From an uncultured Gemmatimonadales bacterium (lineage in GTDB: Bacteria > Gemmatimonadota > Gemmatimonadetes > Gemmatimonadales > GWC2-71-9): a stretch of 64,000 bases of DNA. The DNA is taken from the NCBI GenBank assembly GCA_963828735.1, contig CAWHFW010000001.1:165495-229494 (forward strand). The letters run 5' to 3'. Below, in pieces: positions 57,308-64,000 of the stretch. The translations under genes were made by a program, and so were the position numbers. The stretch's first letter is position 1. The number at the start of each line of letters is the position of its first letter. The notes under the pieces are model-generated. The model did not search any database. It had not been told where the DNA came from and saw only the letters and a program-made list of their open reading frames with translations.

Positions 57308-58173
57308 ATGACAGGCTTCGCTGCAGTGCCCCAGCACCTTCTAGGCGATCATCGGGACGCAACCTGGGGCGACATGTCTCAGTACGTCGTTCACTTCACG
57401 CGGAACCCAGAGGTTCTGGCCAAGATCCTCGCTACGGGCTTCTTGAGGGCATCGGGACCGTACGGATTCAGCTGGGCTCGGAACGTGGAGGACGTGCAGG
57501 GCCGGCACGACTCCGTCTGCTTCAGCGAAGTGCCCCTGGATAAGGTCGACCGGCTCATGCGCCGTCATGGCTTCCACGGCATCGCATTCACCAAGAACTT
57601 CATCCGAAGTAAGCAGGGGGCCCGGGTCTGGTATGTCGACCAAGGGTCTGAGCAGGCCCGCAGCCTGAACGGGCACCTGCTCGAGCGCTGGAGTCCAGAC
57701 GAGACTTCAACCATCCCATGTGGGACCTAACCCCGTTCATTGATCTAGTGATGCCCGGTAAGTACGAGTGGGACTGGGAGCGGGAATGGCGGGTGCGAGG
57801 CAGCCTCAACTTCTCACTGGACGACGTTGCCTTCGTCATCACCCCAGAGGGGTTCGAAGAAGTCCCCGCATTGGATGGCCTTTACATCCATCCGAAGCAT
57901 GACCTCGTCGTCGCGGCATCCCCACAGCCGCTTGTGGAGTACGTGGAGGACCTGGTTCAGCAGTTCTTCCAGACCTACGAGGATCCCGCCAACAGTCTGC
58001 CCGTCGATGGCGGCGAGTACGTCTGGATCGTGACTGAGTGGGAGACCGAGCAAGCGGTCTCTGAGCTGTTCCCAGAGTTACTGGAATCGGTGTACCACCA
58101 ACTAGTCGACTACCTCAACGGGATCAGTTGGTCATGGGTAATGTCCGCCGACATAGCAACCATCTACGAGTAG
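57308..58173 (+). CDS. AbiGi-like (ADP-ribosyltransferase-fold) protein with acidic C-terminal domain; frameshift near 57690
   Basis: VHFT...KIL..G, VCFSEVP, GIAFTK, WEREWR. Confidence 0.7.
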
Positions 58174-58836
58174 ACGCGAGGCCACGGCCAGCCCGAGGGA
58201 GCAGAGGCCTCAAAACGGCCTCGAGCGCTGGAGTTCCGACCGGACATCTGATTGAGCGGCCTGCCAAGGTTCGAACTGCCGATTTCCGCTCTATGGGATC
58301 AAGGCGCCGCTTCGCGGCGCAGACGCGCTGCGGGCGGCGCTGGCGCGCCGTCCTCGCTCGCCCGTAGGCCGACATAGGCGACAGGGACACACTGCAGTGC
58401 GACAGTCCCGGCGTCAGCCGAGATCTGCCTACGCCGACGCCATCCCGTCCAATGCCTCCAGCAGGCTGGGCGAGCACCCAGCTTCCACAAGCGCGGAATC
58501 GCCCGAGCAGACCGCCGGCCAGAGCCAAATGCGTGCCGGCCGCCGGCGGCAGATGGCGGTCGCGTGCCGACGCCGATTTGACCATGTGCGCCGCCTGCGC
58601 CCCCCGATGGCGATCAGTAGCCGGGGAAGCGGGACAGGCTGTTGCCTTCCCCCGGGATCATCTTCGCGGCGGCCCTCCGCGGAAACATCCGACCCATGCG
58701 GAAGGATGGGCGCAGACCGTCGAGAAGGGTAGGAACGAGTGAGCAACAAGCTCCGAGCACCTGTGGACCGTGCCCGGGCCGAGCAGGCCACCGCGCCGGT
58801 TTCCGTCGGTCGCCGTCGGCGGCATGAGGGGCACCA

Positions 58837-59490
58837 GTGACGGTGACCGAGACGATCGTCGAGGAGCAGGTCGTGAAGTCGCGGCACCGCGTCAAGACCT
58901 ACGGTGAGGTCTTCACTCCGCGTCACATGGTCGACCGGATGCTCGACCTGGTCCGCGAGGAGCTGGAGACCGGCCCCGACTTCGTCGACAAGACCTTCCT
59001 TGAGCCTGCAGCCGGCGACGGCAACTTCCTGGTCGCGATCCTGCGCCGCAAGCTCCATGCGATCGAGAAGCGCTACCCGCCCGAGGAGTGGCCGACAGGA
59101 GTCGCTGTTCGCGCTGGCCTCGATCTACGGCATCGAGCTGCTGGAGGACAACCACCGGGACGCCAAGGCGATCATGCTCGCCGAGTTCCTGCGGCTTCCA
59201 CCAGGCCCACGGCGTCCCCTGCGGCCCGGACACGACCTGCAGCAGGCCGCGGCCTTCCTCATCGACACGAACATCGTTCGCGGCAACACTCTGACCGGCC
59301 TGGACTGGCGAGGCGAGGAGATCCAGTTCTCCTGGTGGAACCGGATCGCCGGGGCGCCCGGGATGGTGCAGCGCGAGCCGTTCACGCTCGCCTCGCTGCG
59401 CGACGACGCGGCTTCGACTTCACCGTCTACGACAGCTACCGGGCTTGCCGGATCGACAAGGTCCACGAGGAAGTGAGGGCCGATGCCTAG
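58837..59490 (+). CDS. Stand-alone AdoMet-binding half of an amino-DNA methyltransferase (frameshifted)
   Basis: GEVFTP, FLEPAAGDGNFL, IYGIELLEDN; no NPPY motif. Confidence 0.8.
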   Translation: MTVTETIVEEQVVKSRHRVKTYGEVFTPRHMVDRMLDLVREELETGPDFVDKTFLEPAAGDGNFLVAILRRKLHAIEKRYPPEEWPTGVAVRAGLDLRHRAAGGQPPGRQGDHARRVPAASTRPTASPAARTRPAAGRGLPHRHEHRSRQHSDRPGLARRGDPVLLVEPDRRGARDGAARAVHARLAARRRGFDFTVYDSYRACRIDKVHEEVRADA

Positions 59491-62400
59491 TCCGAAGATC
59501 AGCACGTTCCGCGAGATCACTCCGCTCATCTACTCCTGGACGACCCCGGACATCCCCAAGTACGACGGGCTGGGAGAAGATCGGGTACACCGAGCAGGAG
59601 AGCGCCGACGCGCGCATCGCGCAGCAGGCGTCCCAGCTGTCCGTCGAGAAGAAGAAGCTGTGGTCGCGGCGGGCCCTGTTCACGTCCGAGGCCGGTGGGC
59701 GCTTCACGGACAAGGACTTCCACGCCTACCTGCACCAGCAGGGCGTGGAGCGCGAGACCACGCCGAAGCGGACCGAGTGGCATCACTTCGCGATCGCGCC
59801 GAAGACGTCGCTGGAGTACTTCAACGACTTCGCCGGCCAGGACTTCCCCGACCTCCCGAGCAGCGGCGGCGAGGACGACTACGTCCTGCGTCCCGAGCAG
59901 CAGGCGGCCGTCGACCAGGCCGTGGCCGCCTTCGAGGCCGGGAAGGCCGAGGTGCTGTGGAACGCCAAGCCGCGGTTCGGCAAGACGCTGACGACGTACG
60001 ACCTGATGCGGACCCTGGACGTCCGGCGGGTCTTGATCGTCACCAACCGCCCGGCGATCGCGAACTCCTGGTTCGACGACTTCACGCGCTTCATCGGCCA
60101 CCAGACGACGTACCGGTTCGTCTCGGAGTCGCCCTCACTGGCCGAGCCGTTCGCCCATGACTCGCGAGCAGTGGCGTGCCTTCTCGCTCAACCATCAGGA
60201 CGAGGACCCGCGCATCGTGGAGTTCCTCTCGCTGCAGGACCTCAAGGGGTCGCAGTACTTCGGCGGCTCGCTACGACAAGCTCAAGCACATCGCCGAGTT
60301 CGACTGGGACCTGCTGGTGATCGACGAGGCCCACGAGGGCATCGACACCACCAAGACCGACGTCGCGTTCGACCAGATCAAGCGCAAGTGGACGCTGCAC
60401 CTGTCGGGCACGCCGTTCAAGGCGCTGGCCTCCGGCAAGTTCGACCAGGACCAGATCTTCAACTGGACGTACGAGGACGAGCAGACCGCCCGCCAGCAGT
60501 GGGAGGACGACGGCCAGGAGAACCCGTACGCGGCGCTGCCGACGCTCAACCTGCTGACCTACCAGATCTCGCGGATGATCACCGACCGTCTCGCCGAGGG
60601 CGTCGCCATCGACGAGGACGAGGCGAACATCGACTACACGTTCGACCTCAACGAGTTCTTCGCGACCAAGGACAACGGGTTCTTCGAGCACGAGGCCGAG
60701 GTGATCAAGTTCCTCGACTGCCTGACGACCAACGAGAAGTACCCGTTCTCCACCCCCGAGCTGCGCGACGAGATCCGCCACTCGTTCTGGCTGCTCAACC
60801 GCGTCGCGTCGGCCAAGGCCCTGGAGAGGCTGCTCAAGAAGCACGACGTCTTCAAGGACTACACGGTCGTCCTGGCCGCCGGCGACGGGCGCTCCGACGA
60901 CGACACCGACCCGGTCGCGGCCGGCAAGTCTCTGGACAAGGTGCGCACGGCCATCGCGGAGGCCGAGGAGTCGGACGGCAAGACCATCACCCTGTCGGTC
61001 GGGCAGCTCACCACGGGCGTCACGGTGCCCGAGTGGACCGCGGTCATCATGCTGTCCAACCTGTCCTCGCCCGCGCTCAGTACATGCAGGCGGCGTTCCG
61101 GGCGCAGAACCCCTGCACCTTCGAGCGTGCCGGGCACGTGTTCCAGAAGCAGAACGCGTACATCTTCGACTTCGCGCCCGAGCGCACGCTGACGATCTTC
61201 GACGCGTTCGCCAACAACCTGCACCCGAACCCCTCCGGCGACCAGGCGGTGCGGCAGGAGAACATCCGCACGCTGCTGAACTTCTTCCCCGTCCTCGGCG
61301 AGGACGCCGAGGGCCGGATGATCGAGCTCGACGCCTCCCAGGTGCTGACCTTCCCGCAGGTGTTCAAGGCCCGCGAGGTCGTGCGCCGCGGGTTCCTGTC
61401 GAACCTGCTGTTCGCGAACGTCGCCGGCATCTTCCGCTACTCCGAGCACGTCAAGGAGATCCTCGACAAGCTGCCCACCGCGAAGCAGGGCAAGGTCACG
61501 AACGGGCGAGCCGATCGAGATCCCGCAGCCGCCGCCCGTCACCGACCCCGACGGGAACGTCCAGGTCGACGTGGAGACCGTCATCAACCCCAAGGTCGCC
61601 GAGCTCGGCAAGCCCGTCTACAGCATCGAGGACATCCCGACGCCCGAGCCCGATGCCCCGGCGCACACGGCGGCGACGCAGATCGCGAAGGCGGTGACCG
61701 AGCAGAGCCCGCCAGAAGCGCGAGGAGCTGAAGGAGGCCTACGGGCTCACCGCCAAGCAGGTCGAGCGCGACGAGAAGCGCACCGAGCAGGCCGTGAAGG
61801 ACCAGGTCGAGCGCGCCTACGCCGAGCACAACATCGCCAGCAAGCACCTCGAGGACGAGCTGAAGAACGCGGCCACCGAGGCCGAGGCCCAGGCCGTCGA
61901 GGCCAAGAAGGCCGAGCAGGACAAGGCGTTCAAGGCGAACATCCTGGCCATCGTCGACGAGACGATGGACTCGATCGTGCCCGAGGTGGTCACCCGCGAG
62001 GAGACCAAGAAGGAGCAGAAGCGCGCGAACCAGACGATGGACGACGCCCGCTCCCACCTGCGCGGCTTCGCCCGCACGATCCCCATGTTCCTCATGGCCT
62101 ACGGCGACCGCGACATCCGCCTGTCGAACTTCGACGACTACACGCCCGACGACGTGTTCGAGGAGATCACCGGGATCACCGAGGCCGAGTTCCGCCTCCT
62201 GCGCGACGGCCAGGAGGTCACCGAGGAGGACGGCACCGTCACGAAGATCCCGGGCCTGTTCGACGAGGCGGTCTTCGACCAGGCCGTCCAGGAGTTCCTG
62301 GACAAGAAGGAGGCGCTGGCCGACTACTTCGACGACGCGCAGACCGAGAACATCTTCGCCTACATCCCGCAGCAGAAGACGTCGCTGGTCTTCACCCCGC

Positions 62401-62786
62401 AGCCGGTCGTGAAGATGATGGTCGACACCCTCGAGGCCGAGAACCCGGGCATCTTCACCGACCCGGACAAGACCTTCGCGGACCTGTTCTCCACCGCCGG
62501 GCTGTTCCTGATGGAGCTCGTGCGCCGCCTCGACACGGGCCTCGCCGACGCGTTCCCTGACCAGGACGAGCGGCTGCAGCACATCCTGACCTCACAGGTC
62601 TTCGAGATGAGCCACAACGAGATCCTGCACCGCATCACCATCGAGGCCGTCTCCGGCGGCGTCCCGGAGCGCAAGGCGTGGATCGAGGACTCCGGCCACT
62701 TCAGGGTCGGCAACCTCGCCCGGATGACCCCGGAGGAGCGGCAGAAGATGGTCGACGACATGCTGACGGAAGGACAACTGACATGA
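59483..62786 (+). CDS. GIY-YIG-like nuclease / SF2 helicase restriction subunit with C-terminal degenerate AdoMet-binding region (frameshifted)
   Basis: IYSW...KIGYT...EW; NAKPRFGKT, DEAH, LSGTP, QAAFRAQ; VFTP...FADLFSTAGLF. Confidence 0.85.
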
Positions 62787-63845
62787 GCAAGAAGTTCGAC
62801 GTCGTCATCGGCAACCCGCCCTACCAGGAGGAGGCCCAGGGCGGGGGCACCCGCGACACGCCGGTCTACCACCTGTTCATGGACGCGGCCTACGAGGTCG
62901 GCGACGAAGGCCGTGCTCATCACCCCGGCGCGCTTCCTGTTCAACGCCGGCTTCACGCCCAAGGCGTGGAACGAGAAGATGCTCGCCGACCCGCACCTGA
63001 CGCGTGGCCCACTACGTGCCCAACAGCGAACGATCTGTTCCCGGGCACGGACCATCAAGGGCGGCATCGCCGTCACCTACCGCGACTCGGAGCGCGACGG
63101 TCGAGCCCATCGGCACCTTCACCAAGCACCCCGAGCTCAACACGATCCTGCACAAGGTCGTCGAGTCGGGCGCGACCTTCACTGGAGGACGTCGGGATCA
63201 CGAGCTCGCGCTCGTACCGCTACACGGACAAGCTGTACGAGGACCACCCTGAGGCGCTCGCGCTGCGACCCGAGGGCAACGCAGCTCTGGTCAACACGAA
63301 CGCCTTCGAGCAGTTCTCGTTCCTCTACCACGAGGAGCAGGCCAGACGACGGCCACGAGTACGTGCAGGTCCTCGGGCGTGATCAAGAACAAGCGCGCGT
63401 CTACCGCTGGATTCGCAGCGACTACATCACCGGCCCGGAGAGCTTCGACAAGTACAAGGTCGCGGTCCCGGCGGCGAACGGGTCGGGGTCGACAACTGAC
63501 TTCTTCGGCGTCGCGCTGAACAACCCGACTGTGCTCGGGCCCGGGGTCGGCGGTCACGCAGACGTTCATCACCATCGGCTCGTTCGACGACCGAAGGCCG
63601 AGGCCGAGGCGTGCCTGAAGTACGTCAAGTCCAAGTTCGCCCGCGCGATGCTCGGCGTCCTGAAGATCACGCAGCACAACCCGGCGAAGCACCTGGAAGT
63701 ACGTCCCGCGCAGGACTTCACCAGCGCCTCGGACATCGACTGGTCCAAGCCGATCCCGGAGATCGACCAGCAGCTCTACGCCAAGTACGGGCTCGACTCC
63801 GAGGAGATCGCCTTCATCGAGGCCAAGGTCAAGCCGATGGAGTGA
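62783..63845 (+). CDS. Eco57I-like methyltransferase catalytic/target-recognition subunit (frameshifted)
   Basis: Begins MSKKFDVVIGNPPYQ; ITPARF; IDQQLYAKYGLDSEEIAFIE. Confidence 0.85.
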
Positions 63846-64000
63846 TGTCCGTGGTCGGGCCCGCCCGACCAGGCCACCAGCGGCTCGCCGGCGAGTACTG
63901 CAACGAAGTACTGCAACGGGCTGCGCAACAGGCACCGTCGCATGACAGTAGGCGCCACGCCGCACGCACAGACGACCCTTCGCGACGACACCGGACTGAG

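Larger units (their letters stand above)
53760..64000. mobile_element. Defective actinomycete integrative element (AICE-like) at tRNA-Ala with defence cargo
   Basis: Integrase tail next to the tRNA, Pra/XRE/NUDIX/HD genes, GTACTGCA-N5-GTACTGCA repeats at 53835 and 63895. Confidence 0.8.

Overview
This window appears to join three unrelated high-GC segments, with abrupt mid-gene junctions at about 12588 and 43640. Taxonomic labels below come from recognised gene order and protein families, not from a database search. (A) 1-12587 is a Gemmatimonadota-like core block on the minus strand: era, Trm112, a Clp-N/Ca2+:H+ exchanger fusion, a GGDEF protein, a zinc-ribbon protein, prfB with its +1 frameshift, lysS, lolCE, lolD and mcsA-mcsB-clpC. 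(B) 12588-43640 is Thermoleophilia/Gaiellales-like: truncated gatA, gatC, csp, folD, tRNA-Cys, IS256, a Co-type nitrile hydratase, a papain-lectin protease with a chagasin-type inhibitor, a decayed accessory region (about 26.6-38.3 kb) and a catabolic cluster. (C) 43640-64000 is Actinomycetia-like: recF-DUF721-gyrB-gyrA-tRNA-Ile-tRNA-Ala, followed by a deleted AICE-like island with defence cargo. Many single-base frameshifts, including in gyrA and gyrB, point to long-read consensus errors. The strongest novel signal is a 72-73 nt structured element in three diverged copies (near 28.4, 31.7 and 38.2 kb). Each copy starts 6-7 nt after a TAnnnT -10 box, keeps its closing stem through G-U wobbles on the minus strand, and two copies share an upstream TGACCC-N4-GGGTCA palindrome. 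It is a candidate multi-copy small RNA family. Also notable are a three-gene nuclease-helicase/split-methyltransferase system, an AbiGi-like protein with an extra domain next to a RAMA-like protein, a protealysin-emfourin fusion, and the Clp-N-CAX fusion.
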